A stretch of 64,000 nucleotides of DNA, taken from the NCBI RefSeq assembly GCF_009914755.1, contig NC_060947.1; one strand, 5' to 3'. Position 1 is the first letter of the stretch. Each line of letters opens with the position of its first letter. Source of the DNA: the human T2T-CHM13v2.0 reference genome, Homo sapiens. Shown piece by piece: positions 13,141-27,449 of this stretch. The notes below the pieces were generated by a model. It made no database searches. It was not told the DNA's origin and was given only the letters and a program-made list of their open reading frames with translations. The translations under genes and the position numbers were made by a program.

Positions 13141-14764
13141 CACATGTAGAGACACTACTTATCAGGAAGGCATAGTGAGACATTTAGTCAATTGTATGAG
13201 TACATGATCATCAGAAAAATGACTCAATTAACAAGATTCAGGGTTCTGAGGAAGGTGATTAGGGAAGCTGTGAATTCTCTGTTTTGGGAAATTACTAAGT
13301 TTGAAAACACAACAGCACTCCTTGAAAGTATGCAATGCTCAGCCCGTGGGTGTGCAGGTGGTATCCTGTGGTTGCTTTCTACTGCTCATTTTCTGACATA
13401 AGCATATATTTGGAAAAGAGTAGATACTAATTGAGATGAGGTTTAATATTTACTTACACTGGTGGCACTCATAAAGTGCTTATCAGTGGAAACAGAAGGA
13501 GAACAAAATTAGTTCACAAATCTCATGTGATCGCCCACTCTCCCAGCCTAGACAAACTCACTCATGTGCCTTTTGTCTTTTTCTCCCTGGAGTTCCTCTC
13601 CATTCCAATTGTTCCTCCCCTCCATTTTCTGGAAGGAAAGCTGGGATGGATTCCAACTTCTCTTGTTCCTTTTTAGAGGGTAAAAAATACAACTTAGGGT
13701 AACTAGTAGACATAACTAAATGTTTCAAAATAGGGTGAAAGGGATGAGATGGAAATCACAGTTGCATGTCTTTCTGCAATGTCTAGGAGTGCAGAATATG
13801 AATGAGCCAAATATTACTACATAACAACATCTGCGAAATTTTACTGAATCCTCCTAAATAAGTCAGTGAATCTCAAATCGTACCTGTGCAGATGTGGACA
13901 CCATCATTTGGATATTCTACCATCATTACATAGAGCTTTCCTGCTGGGTAGAGTTACAGTAGGACACCTGATAACTGTTTTCCTCGCTACAGTTCAACAC
14001 CTATGAAACCTGATGTCAACGCATTGGTACTTAATACATCAGTATTTTATTTCAGAATGTTATCAAATTTGATTTTAAAACATTAATAGTCACTAGTTCG
14101 ATGTTGAAAGGAAATACACAGTATCTCTAAAGCACACGCACCTTATGGTATTATGAATTAGACCATAACTTTGTGGTACATGATGAGCATTCAAAGCATT
14201 GCAAAGAATAGTAATAGAATACGTATGTGCAATTGGGTGCACCTGAGTGTTGCACTTGTGCGTGAGGCATGTGTGTGTGATTTGCATAAGTGTGCATGCA
14301 TTGTGTGTGTATGTGTGTGCACATATAGGTACACATAAACTAACTTCTGAATCTGTTAAATGTTTTCTGGTACCGCACAGATCTACACCTTACTTTTCAA
14401 AGTTGCTAATATTTATCCTAAATTTCACCTCCACCGCAAATTCTTCCATCATCAAACATTTACCTTCTACTTAGTAATAACCAGCTTAAAGCACTGTTGG
14501 AATTGCATGTGACTAAAAATTTCTAGCAATACAGAAATAGAAACTTATGCTTGTCAAGAGAACAGAAGGACATACTGCATAAGATTTGGCTTGCTTCATA
14601 ATCTTCCCAAGTAAGGGCTTTAGACGATATTATTTATGATGAAATATGTTATCAACTACATTCTCAGGTGGATAATATCTAACTGCACATGAGTTTCTGT
14701 GTTCATTTGGCAGAGTTATAGCTCAAGGCATTTATCAGTTGTTCATTTATATTTATTTCTCCAT

Positions 14765-14823
14765 CTTCTCTCTCTCTCACTTTTATCCTGAAGATCTTTT
14801 TTGCTCTCTCTCTCTCTCTCTCT
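14765..14823 (+). repeat. (CT)n tracts
   Basis: Directly visible. Confidence 0.8.
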
Positions 14824-15327
14824 GCTCAGACTGAAATAGAAACCAAGATGCAACGGAAACTTGGACCTAGGAACCTGAGAAATATTCTCACAAGAGTGCC
14901 TTCAGTACCTCATCTTCCCCTCAGACTATTTAGATGATCAGACTGGAGTTACAGAAAGTGAACAAAAAAGGAAGAGTCAAAGGGACAGGAGAGGATGGGC
15001 AGTCTGGAAAGATCAGGAGTCCCTGAGATGGCAGAAAGAAACAGATGACAGACAGATTAAGGAGATACCTGCAAGCCTCCTGCATGGAAGGTCAGGAGCA
15101 CGGACAATGTATATGGAGTTAGAGGTAGGAAAACAGAACCTCACACCCTAATCCAAGTTGAACCAAACAGATCCAGTGGCCTGAATTTAATAGCAGAGAT
15201 GGAACCAAAACTGTTAGAAAACTATGCTGCGTAAACTGTTATCATAATTCAGATACTGGGACGGTAACTGGATTAGCAAGATAAAATCACATTAGACCAT
15301 TTAATCAACATTATTTTACAAACGTGA

Positions 15328-15592
<265 letters not shown>

Positions 15593-16734
15593 TATCTCCT
15601 CTTTAGACAAACTTGATTCATGACATTGTGTGTGACACATTTATGTAATTTAGAATATGGAATAAAATGTTTTACGTGACATAATTTAACAAAGTTAAAG
15701 CACAAGCAAAAAAAAAAGTACATTAGATTAGCAAATTTAAAATATACTAAGAAATTTTATGTGAACAAACGTAGGTGGGTTCATTTACTTTTCAGTACTT
15801 AGAGACTATCGTCTAGCACGTTTTCTTAAGTAACTTATTTCATTTCTCATTAATGTTAATGGGGAAATTACCACCTAACTAACTGCCACTGAGTCTCAGA
15901 ACCAGCCCTTGGAAACCCATCCCAATCATTAAGCCAGGAGTTTAGCTGGCAAACTGCACACATAACACAACTCAGTCCCAGGCTCTTTTCTCCAAAAAGA
16001 AATGACATTATTTTGATGGAAGCCACTTTTCTTGATTTGCATAATCATCCATGAACACAACACAGATGTCAGTCTTTAAAGGTAAGGGAGGTGGTTAGAT
16101 TGTCTGTTGTTCTTTGGAAATCATAAAATTATTTCTGCAGTCATTGCATGAGGTCCAGACTAACACATCTCTCTCCACACAACTATTTTCCACTGACCAC
16201 CAACATTATCAATGAGACCTTTGATATCACAGATCCACCAATGGGGATCTGAAACCCTTGGGAATGAGTATGCTTTTGTGGACAAGAGGAAGGGGACTCA
16301 GAACTTTTTAATTTTTTTACATCTGTTTTATGCAGCACCCTCAGAGGAATATGGAACATCACTCCCAAATCAAACTCATTAATATTCCTGCAGGAAAATA
16401 TCTAAATGTCCACCCTGAGGTGGAAAAGAAAGAACACAAATAGTCATCTGTCAGATCAGGTTTTGCCCCCAAATGAGTTTTGATATCACTGTAAAGTTTT
16501 GAACTGTTTTTGACTTTCAAATTGTAGATAAGGGACTCTGGATCTGTATGTCCTCTGATTTCTATTAACCAGTCCTAGAACAGTAAACAAAACAAACACT
16601 AAAGAGCACCCCATTTACAGAGTGGTTTAAGTCCACTGAAGTTGGTTAACACTTGGACCCTGAAAATCCATGCATACTGTATGGAATCAATTATGATGAA
16701 TGTGAACAGTTAATTAGACAAAAAGAACCTCCTT

Positions 16735-17075
16735 GCATCCACCATTACAGTATAACACAGAATATCTTCCCTGCCATAAAAATCCTCTATGATCCACCTA
16801 TTTATCTTTTCTTTCCCCATCCCCAACCGAAACTCTGACAATGATGGATTTTTTATTGTCCCCCAGTTCTGCTTTTTCCAGAATGTCCTATAGTTGGAAT
16901 CATACTGTATGTAGCCTTTTCCCATCAGCTTCTTTCACTTAGTAATATGCATTTAATTTTCCTCCATGTCTTTTCATGGCTTAATAGCTCATTTCTTTAT
17001 AGCATGGAATAATATTCCATTGTCTGAATACACCATAGTTTATTTACCCATTCATCTATTGAAAGACATCTTGTT
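16735..17075 (-). mobile_element. L1 3' region fragment (L1MC/MB-type)
   Basis: ccagaatgtcctatagttggaatcatactgtatgtagccttt...tttcacttagtaatatgcatttaa...ccattcatctattgaaagacatcttg. Confidence 0.8.
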
Positions 17076-17399
17076 CACCCAGAGGGTCTCTTAATCTTGA
17101 TACTTCCCACAAAACAGAACTAGGAATCAGCGGTTATGTCAACTTTCCAGGGAATCCCTACAAGTGGAAGGCTAGAATGATAGGACAAAGAACTGCCTGT
17201 GCCTCTCCAGGCAAAAACCTGCAAACATCTAGCAAAAACCTTAAGCACTCTTGAAATTCATTTATTCAGATAACCTAAAAATTGAAATATGAATTTATGC
17301 TTTATTCTTTCTTTACCAATATAGACATGGTCTCATTGATTTGTGGACAATGATGAGCTTGAATTCAATGCGAAGAATCTTTGAACACTTTCACATACT

Positions 17400-17805
17400 T
17401 TGGCCCTAGTTCTACCACAGCTGGAGGAGCTCTGTTTCACTTGATCGTTGTGCTGGATGCCATTCGGCCACATGGCTTATTCCAGCCGCTCTTGTGGTGA
17501 TCTGCTCTGCCTAGACTTCAGCCAGCTTCACGCAGGTGCAGCCTCACTTCATACCTGCAAACTTGCCTTTTTCTTGATTTCCTGAAGTTTCTCTGATGCC
17601 TCACAGTGGATGCACACTAAAACCTACTTAGCACTCCCCAAGCAGCCTGGAGAGGTTACCCCCAGTAAACTAATAAGAGGTGAAAGATGGTGTGAATATG
17701 GGTCCTCCATTTTCACCGGGTAAAGGTGGTCTGGAGACACATAACATAAGGGTTTTCAGACAACCTCACTGGGTCAAGCAGCAGTCACTCCTCTGTGGCC
17801 AATAC
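17400..17805. mobile_element. Probable old ERVL-class LTR fragment
   Basis: Degenerate similarity to LTR16/LTR33-class sequence (gggtcaagcagcagtcactcctctgtggccaa). Confidence 0.35.
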
Positions 17806-17806
17806 A

Positions 17807-18280
17807 CTTTTTTGTGTTTTTGTTTGTTTTTAAATTTTAATTTGGATTCAGGGGTGCATGTGCAGGTTTCTTACATGGGTATATTGCACACTGGTGACAT
17901 ATGGACTTCTAGGGTTCCAATCACACAAAGAGTGAACATTGTACCCATAGGTTAATTTTTCAACCCTCACCCCCTCCCAGCCTTTCCCTTGTTTGAGTCC
18001 CCAGTGTTGATTGTTTCCATCTTTATATCCATGTGTACCCATTGTTTAGCTCCCAGTTATAAGTGACAACATGCTATATTTGATTTTATGTTTTTGAGTT
18101 ATTTCACCTAGGATAATGGCCTCCAGCCACATTCATGTTGCTGCAAAGGACATGATTCCATTCTATTTTATGGCTGCCTAGTATTCTGTGTTGTAGATGT
18201 ACTACATTTTCTTTATCCAATGCACTGTTGATGGACACTTAGGTTGATTCCACAACTCGGCTATTGTAAATAGTGATTAT
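17807..18280 (-). mobile_element. L1 3' end (L1PB-type)
   Basis: ggattcaggggtgcatgtgcaggtttcttacatgggtatattgc...gttgctgcaaaggacatgattccattc. Confidence 0.88.
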
Positions 18281-18667
18281 TTCTCGTTCCTTCCCACAAC
18301 ACAGTGCTGGTTCCTCATCCCTATTTTTGGCATAATATTTGCAATAAACAAGGGTTTTCTCTAAACCTCTGCTTTGAGTGGAATCTGGGCTAGGAAAATA
18401 CACAGTGGATCGAAATGTGCAGCCCTTACTGCCAACAAAATAAAGACTCAAAGTGAATTGGCTTTTGAATGTGACAGGTGTGTAGCCAAATGCCCAACAC
18501 TAATGTTGATGTCAGCTTCAAGTCAAAGCACCAAAGCCTTCTCACAGAAATTCATTTTCCAACAGAACTTAAGCTTACTTTATTTTGGAATCTGCAGGAT
18601 ACTGTGAATTATTATTAAATATTATTTTTTGTAGAATAACTATGAATGCACACATACCAAATAAAAA

Positions 18668-18968
18668 TGGTGGCTCATGCCTGTAATCCCAGCACTTTAG
18701 GAGGCCGAGGTGGGCTGATCACTTGAGCTCAGGAGTTCAAGAGCAGCCTGGCCAACATGGCAAAACCCTGTTTCTACAAAAATAAATAAATAAATAAATA
18801 AAAAATTGGCTGGGCATGGTGGTGTGCATATGTAGTACCAGCTACTCTACTAGGGAAGCTCAGGTGGGAGGATCACTTGAGCCCAGGAGGTCGAGGCTGC
18901 AGTGAGCCAAAATCGCTCTACTGCACTCCAGCCTGGGTGACAAAGCGAGAATCTGTTTCAAAAAAAAA
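18668..18968 (+). mobile_element. Alu (AluJ/S)
   Basis: Dimer with expanded (AAAT)n middle A-rich region. Confidence 0.92.
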
Positions 18969-19255
18969 GGAAGAAAAATACTGCGTAGTTGTAGAAATCA
19001 ATTTTCCATGCCATGCAAGGAACTGATGGCAGAATTTGGTGTGTAGGTCTGCTCTTTAGTTAGTCAATCCCTGCTCATCTCTCAGGTTTTGGACTACATT
19101 GTGCTTCCCCTGGGAAGCCCTCCAGGCTGCCTCCAAGATTGGATCAGATGTTCCTGCAGCTGCTCCTAAGCATATCACTGTTTTAAGCAGCATGAGACTA
19201 ACCTCATTTTAATCTCATTCTTATTTCATTATCTCTAACAAAAACTCTAGGTAAT

Positions 19256-19562
19256 GGCCAAGCACAGTGGCTGGCACCTGTAATCCCAGCACTTTGGAAG
19301 GCCAATGCAGGAAGATTGCTTGAGGCTAGGATTTTGAGACCAATCTGGGCAATACACTGAGATGCTATCGCTACAAAAATCAAAATAAAAAATTAGCCGG
19401 ATATGGTGGCATGCACCTATAATACAAGCTACTCCAGAGGCTGAGGGTGGAGGGTCGTTTGAGCCCAGGAGTTCAAGGTTACAGTGAGCTATGATTGCAC
19501 CACTGCACTCCAGCCTGGGTTGATAGAGCAAGACCCAGTCTCTAAAAAAATAAAACAACAAA
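19256..19562 (+). mobile_element. AluJ
   Basis: Dimer with AluJ diagnostics (ttgagcccaggagttcaaggttacagtgagctatgat). Confidence 0.92.
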
Positions 19563-21277
19563 ATCTCTAATACCCTATGTACTGCATTTACAATTTTATA
19601 AACCTTCAGAAACCAAGTAATACCTGGATGTAATATTATAAATATGGTGCAAAACATTCAATCACGTGAAATACAGGGTTATATTAGAATGAGGTCAAAA
19701 CTATGAGCAGATTGTATGGAGATTGGGGTTAGCCATGCCATAATCCAACTTTTATTATTACAGACAATAACAAAAGGTTTTACTGTAGCAGTATATTAAC
19801 TAATCCTAATGAACAAAAGAATTAATGAATTGATTCACTGACTTGTTCTTTTAAGAAAACTTTCGCAATCTCTCACTTTCTGATCCAGCAATCCAAAAAG
19901 GTCAAACAAGGGTCTACAGCAGTGATCTTACAAACCCAGACCTTCCATAGCTGCAGAAGTCAGACATGCATTGATCACATGCATTTGGGTGTGCTCACTG
20001 CATCTGTGAGCAGTCTGAGCGAAAAAATAAAAACAAACAAACATAAATGTAGAATGTGCAAACCCCATAGCTAACTCTACTATACATTTCTCTTTCAAAA
20101 TCACTACTTTATTTTGAGATTGCAAACCTTTTTCCAAACCTGTTAGGATCCAGTCTCCTAATTATAGCAGTTAGGGCTCAAAGGGAGGGTTTCAGAAATA
20201 AGCCAGATTAGGGGGTACAAATGTCAGCATCACCTGACTGGTTAATGTGCCTGGGAGGTGGCTAGTCAAGCAGCAGAAAAACGCTTTCCTGACACAGAAA
20301 AGGAAAATCACAGGTTTCACTCCCTCCAAAGCAAGGCTGCCATGTATAATCTTTCTCTCCTTTCTCTTCTGCCAAGCCACACAGAAGGGCACAGCCCCAA
20401 GGAGAGACTAAAAACATATGTGGAATTATAGTAATATCTCCATTAGCAACTAAATGTATTCCAGAGATGTATGGCACAGTCAGAAACTTTGCTCACAGGT
20501 ACAAAGCCAATCTAGGGGGTGGGGGCAGGCTGCTGTCTAGACGCTCAGAGTCAAGTGGAAAGAACTTCCCAGGGCTCTGCTGTTCCCTCTCTGCCCTCAC
20601 TCCTTATCCACAAGAGGCTCCCACTCACAGACAGTAAGTACCCCTTGCAAGAAAGAAATTTGGCGACCCTCCCAATTGCAAGGGGGCTGGGCTGTCAGAA
20701 TCCTGAGTTTCTGTGCATCCCTCCTTGACTGGGCTCAAACCCTATAAGCAGATACGCAGCAGATTGGTTCTTCTAATATGCTTCTCTACTCCTAGGCAGC
20801 CTTCATGCTGGAAATGCATTTAATTATAAATTATTAATGGAACGAAGGGGCTGTAGAGAGTTTCTTCTCTGAAGCCCCTGTTCCATGGAGGCAGGAAAAA
20901 TCAGAAGTGTCCCTCTCACTAGGAGGAGCATATCTGGACAATAAGCAAAAATCCTGGAAAGAGAAAGAAATGCAGTTGCCTGTAGAGGCACTTGTAATAT
21001 CCACCCAAGAGAAACAGCTTCTATGTACTTTGAGACTCTGGCTAACAAATTTTTGAGTGTCTCCTCTCGGTCATCATTGTGAAGGACTTTGGAGGAACTA
21101 GAAATTGAAATGGAAGGCAATAATAAGAAAATTCTTAGACCTCAAACCTGTTCCTGAATCTGCACACAGACAGAGGACTCAAGGTTTTGCATTAGAAGTG
21201 ACAGGTGCGTTACTGAAAGCTGAAGCCCTTAGAGGTGGTTCGAGGCGGAAATACCTACTCTGCCCAGCAAAGCGAAG

Positions 21278-21311
21278 CTAATCCTAACCCTAACCCGAAC
21301 CCTAACCCTAA
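21278..21311 (+). repeat. Short interstitial telomere-like (CCCTAA)n repeat
   Basis: ctaatcctaaccctaacccgaaccctaaccctaa. Confidence 0.85.
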
Positions 21312-21474
21312 AAGACCATGATGCAAGGCAATGAGCTGTTACAAACCATTCTCATTTTAAGATATAGGATAGCATTGGTTTCCTTATTTAGTTTTATTTC
21401 AGTGAAAGTAAAAATATGTGAAAGGGCTTACATAGATTCACTCAAGTGCAGAACACCCCAAACCTAATGTATCT

Positions 21475-22108
21475 TGTTATATAGTCTGAATGGTAGTGTC
21501 CTCCCAAAATTCATATGCTGAAATCCAATACACAACATGATAACTCTACCCTCATGAATGGGATGAGTGTCCTTATAAAAGAGGCTGCAGGCCCTTCCAC
21601 CTTGTCCCTTCCAACATGTGAGGATAAATCAAGAAGATGCCATTTGGGGGAATGGGCCCTCACTAGACACTGAATCTGCTAGCACCTTGATCCTGGACTT
21701 CCCAGGACCATGAGAAATAAATGTGTGTTGTTAGCTGGGCAAAGTGGCTCATACCTGTAATCCCAACACTTTAGGAGGTCAAGGCAGGAGAAATGTTTAA
21801 GGCCAGGAGTTCAAAACCACCCTGGTCAACGTAGTGAGTCCTCATCGCTACTAAAAATTAAAAAAATAAAAATTAGCCAGGGATGGTGGCACACACGTAT
21901 GGTCCCAGCTACTCAGGAGGCTGAGGTGGGAGGATCAGTTGAGCCCAGGAAGTCAAGGCTACAGTGAACCATGATCAAGCCACTGCACTCCAGCCTGAGC
22001 AACAGAAAGAGACCCTGTCTTAATGATAATAATAACAATAAATGTCTATTGTTTATAAATTACCCAGTCTAAGGTATTTTGTTATAGCAGCCTCGACAGA
22101 CTAAAAAA
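21475..22108 (+). mobile_element. MLT1A-type MaLR LTR interrupted by an AluJ
   Basis: tgttatatagtctgaatgg...ccttataaaagagg...aataaatgtgtgttgtt [Alu] aataaatgtctattgtttataaattacccagtctaaggtattttgttatagcagc. Confidence 0.82.
21733..22036 (+). mobile_element. AluJ
   Basis: Dimer with (AAT)n tail; TSD approximately aataaatgt.t.ttgtt. Confidence 0.9.
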
Positions 22109-22434
22109 TATCCCTATATCTTACCCTGGGATATTAAAACATACATTTATAGCTCTTAAAGATGAAATATTGTAAAAATTTTTTAAATATTCAGGGTAGC
22201 AAAAAAGCATTTGGTTGGCAGGAGAATAATTTTAACCAAACAAGCTAGAGTCATGAACAAATACATTCATAACCTGGCTTCTTGTATGTCAAAGTTAACT
22301 AGAAAATACTTATATGCTAAAATGTCAAATATAATTTTGTTTTGCTGGTCTACCTTCTAGATAAAATAACTGCATGTTCAGTGCTTGAAAATTAAAAATG
22401 ATCAGTCTCAGATTATTTCCTACAATCTGTTGCA

Positions 22435-22590
22435 GAGGGGGGACAAGGACTAAAAAACTTCCTGTGCTCATTATCTGGGCACAGAATAACCTAGTGACGG
22501 GATCAACGGAAGCCTGAACCTCAGCAACACACAAGATACCCTTGTAACACACCTGCAGACGTAATCCTTGGATCTAAAGTAAAAACAGGG
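22435..22590 (+). mobile_element. L1 3' terminal fragment
   Basis: gtgacgggatcaa...aacctcagcaacacacaagatacccttgtaacacacctgca...tctaaagtaaaa. Confidence 0.7.
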
Positions 22591-22599
22591 ATTTTCTAA

Positions 22600-23645
<1,046 letters not shown>

Positions 23646-24078
23646 TTAAAAAACTATTATAGGTAATATTTTTCAAAACAATAATTCATATATATTTAAC
23701 TTTTAACTCAGATCATGTAGTAAAAAAGAAAAATCTAAAAATAAAAAGTAGTGACACAGGTATTTATCAAGAAAACCTGTAGTTCTTTAAGTTTTGGAAC
23801 TTACTAGATGTTAGAGAAAGACAAGAAACTAAAAACTTACAACATTGCAATAAATCTGAAATCCTGAACTGTAAAAATGGCCCAGAATTATAACATCCTA
23901 AGGGCTCGTTGCAATGCCCTGGCTTTCAGTGAATATTAACATTCAATCCAGGTGGGAACGTGCTTGTTTCAAAAAAAAAAAAAAATGCACGATACACAAA
24001 TAGCAGATGGACTTAAGGACTGACTTATCCATCCATAACTGAGTGATTGCAGTCTGCAGAATTAGATCTACCTCTGGG

Positions 24079-24395
24079 TTTTTTGTTTTGTTTTGTTTGT
24101 TGCTGTTGTTTTTGAGATGGAGTCTTGCCCTGTCACCCAGGCTGGAAGTGCAGTGGCGCAATCTCAGCTCACTGCAGCCTCTGTCTCCTGGGTTCAAGTG
24201 ATTCTCTTGCCTCAGCTTCCCAAGTAGCTGTAACTACAGGTGTGCACCACTACGCCCGGCTAATTTTTGTATTTTTAGTAGAGAGGGGGTTTCACCATGT
24301 TGGCCAAGCTGGTATTGAACTCCTACCTCAAGTGATCCACCCAGCTCAGCATCCCAAAGTGCTGGGATTAGAGGCATGAGCCACCGCACCCGGCC
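24079..24395 (-). mobile_element. AluS
   Basis: Full dimer; TSD tacctctg/tacttctg. Confidence 0.93.
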
Positions 24396-24793
24396 TACTT
24401 CTGTTAAACCAATAAGTCTTAAAGTTTTTCTAAATTTCTATATTCTCTGGGTTTCTTCTACTCCATGAAAGAATCATAGATTTAAATCCTCAGAGACTTT
24501 AAATGGCTTTAGGCAAAAAAGCATGTGTGAAGGAAAAGACTTAGTAGGATATTAGTCACTTTACTTATTTAGTTTATTTTATACTTATGGAATTTATTGG
24601 GACAAATTCCAAGGTTGTGCTGTTGTTTATAATATAAGATAAAAGTCATACTTCTTGTGAGATTGCCTTTTAAGCCACATCCTACCATTTTCCCTGGCCT
24701 ATGCAATCAGTGTTATAACTTAAAGCTCTAATTTAATGGAAAGTTCTTAACAAAAAATAGTCTCTGCAAAGTCAGCCTCTTTCCATCAAAGTG

Positions 24794-24797
<4 letters not shown>

Positions 24798-24835
<38 letters not shown>
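24798..24835 (+). repeat. (CA)n microsatellite
   Basis: Directly visible. Confidence 0.95.
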
Positions 24836-24840
<5 letters not shown>

Positions 24841-26287
24841 TGCACACATACACCTGCTTGGAATAAGAAAGTTTACTTTTATATGAATTATTTACTTTTC
24901 TCCTTTATTATTTTAGTAACGAAAATCAGATAAACTAAACACTACATATGAGGATTTTTTTCTTAATACATACAATCATTAAAAAGAAAACACTGAGGCA
25001 CAGCTATTGGTAGTGACTGAGGGTGGAGGAGTTGTGGGATTGGTGAATTATTCCATCCTTAGGGGAAGCTCAGTAAACAATCTTGCCAGCCTTCCACATT
25101 TCTGCCTTGTCACAAAGCCTCACCATCGTCCTACAAACCATCGGTGTCCTGCAGATAAGCTGTCACACAGCAGGTTCTGTCTTTTGTGAAATCTACAAAA
25201 AATATATCCCTAACAGAAATAAACAGTAGTCACCATATCTTCAATTGTTATAGTCTAAACTAAATGGGTTCATGTTCTAAAGTGGATCTTCATCTCTAAA
25301 TGGTTTCTAGGAAGAAAAAACAATAATAATTTAGAAACAATGCCTGTGTGTTGGAATAAGTGTGCTCTTTTTTTGAGCAAATGGCCAAGAGAACCACTTA
25401 ATAATTCAGAATCAGGTAATTCCAGGAGGATGGATGAATTTCGGAGGAAATATGGTTGTAGGTGGGCCAGTAATAACTCATAAAAATGTAGAGTGAATGA
25501 CTACAATACTTTAAGAGACATTTATTCTTAGGGACTGGAAACAAAACAAATTCTACAGGATCACGGTGGCACATATCAGAACAAAGTCATGTTGTGCCTT
25601 GGGAATATAGGATAACTCATGCATCCTTTTTAGAAGGAACAGGATAGGAAATTCATGTTCAGTGGACACATTTCTCTAACGAATATTACAGGACTCCTGT
25701 ATCATTGTAGGTAATGGCTGGGCAAAAATATGCCCCTGTTCTCAGGGGCTTCATGTCGCCTTGAAGGAGAGAGATGAATTAACCCAAGCCCTAGCATCCC
25801 ACTGAGGGACGAGAAGGTAAAGTTGGCATGGTAGAACCAAGGAAGCCAGAACTGATTCTTGCTGAAGCAACTGCAAAAGATCCAGAAATAGTAGCTCTTG
25901 GAAAAGTACAGACTTGGAAGGAGCATTTCAGGAATAGGACCACGTGGAGGCAAAAAACACATAGATGGATGCTTTCTGTAGTGGGAGAAATGTTTTTAGA
26001 ACTGGAGAGGTAAGGAGGTCAAGGCAGAATCTTTGTGATTGTCTTCTGTCTCTATGCAACAATTAGAAGCATCGTTTTAACGTGCACACCTGACTCTGTG
26101 GCTCTCAAGATGCAACATCTGTTCCAAATGCCCAGTGCTTTCCTGTAAGCTTAATAGGAAGACACCACCCAATTCTCCAGCTTTATCATGCACAGCTTCT
26201 CTGTTTGCTCAAGAATTAAGAGGTGAGCGAGAAAGTGCTCTCACGGAGTTAGAGTTACCTTTACAAATGTAATAAAGAACTGAATGA

Positions 26288-26619
<332 letters not shown>

Positions 26620-26657
26620 TCACACGTCCACTTTCATTCAACAAGTAGGTATTGAAC

Positions 26658-26664
26658 CTTTCTT

Positions 26665-26709
<45 letters not shown>

Positions 26710-27084
26710 AGACAGCGTCTCACTCTGTCGCCCAGGCTGGAGTGCAATGGCACGATTTCAGTTCACTGCAGCCCCCGCCTCCCAGGTTCAAGTGATTCTT
26801 CTGCCTCAGCCCCCGCCTCCCAGGTTCAAGTGATTCTTCGGCCTCAGCCCCCGCCTCCCAGGTTCAAGTGATTCTTCTACCTCAGCCCCCGCCTCCCAGG
26901 TTCAAGTGATTCTTCTGCCTCAGCCTCCCGAGTAGCTGGAACTATAGGCATGCGCCACCATGCCCGGCTAATTTTTATATTTTCACTAGAGACAGGGTTT
27001 CACCATGTTGGCCAGGCTGGTCTGGAACTCCTGACCTCAAGTGATCCGCCCGTCTCAGCCTCCCAAAGTGCTGGGATTACAGGC
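26658..27084 (-). mobile_element. AluS with an internal 4x38-bp tandem expansion and T42 tail
   Basis: Alu body longer than normal because of repeats at 26769-26920. Confidence 0.93.
26769..26920 (+). repeat. Minisatellite, 4 x 38 bp (cagcccccgcctcccaggttcaagtgattcttctgcct)
   Basis: Units start at 26769, 26807, 26845 and 26883, with single-base variants in units 2 and 3. Confidence 0.95.
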
Positions 27085-27449
27085 AAGTAATCCCAAGTGC
27101 CAAGAAGTGCTTTTAAGTGCCAAGAAGCTTTCCAGTTTTTGGAGATACAAGTTTCACAATTAACATACTTCATTTTTCTCTTTATGTGTGTGTTTAGTGT
27201 GTTCTAATGGACTGCCAGGTAGTAGATACGATTTTGGTTGATTGCTTTTGGTCCTGCTTTTTCCACATAAGAAAATCAAATTTTTCTTCATTATCTGGTG
27301 AGGACATTTTCATGTCAACAATGCACTAATGGGATTAGCCGTTCACCTTATGGGAATTGGCCAGTTTTGTGGGATTAGCCATTCATCTTAAGGAGCTCAC
27401 TTTCATTCCCTGTATCCCAACCCTACTCTTTCTCTCTCCCTTGACTGCC

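Noticed and set aside
12852-13155. Tyr/Met/Cys-rich ORFs
   Set aside because: Translation of (TACA)n/(TAGA)n microsatellites.
15091-15110. REST/RE1-like motif gtcaggagcacggacaatg
   Set aside because: Mismatches at core positions in both half-sites (CAGCACC and GGACAG).
26769-26920. CRISPR-like regular array
   Set aside because: Head-to-tail tandem units with no spacers, derived from Alu sequence in a primate genome.
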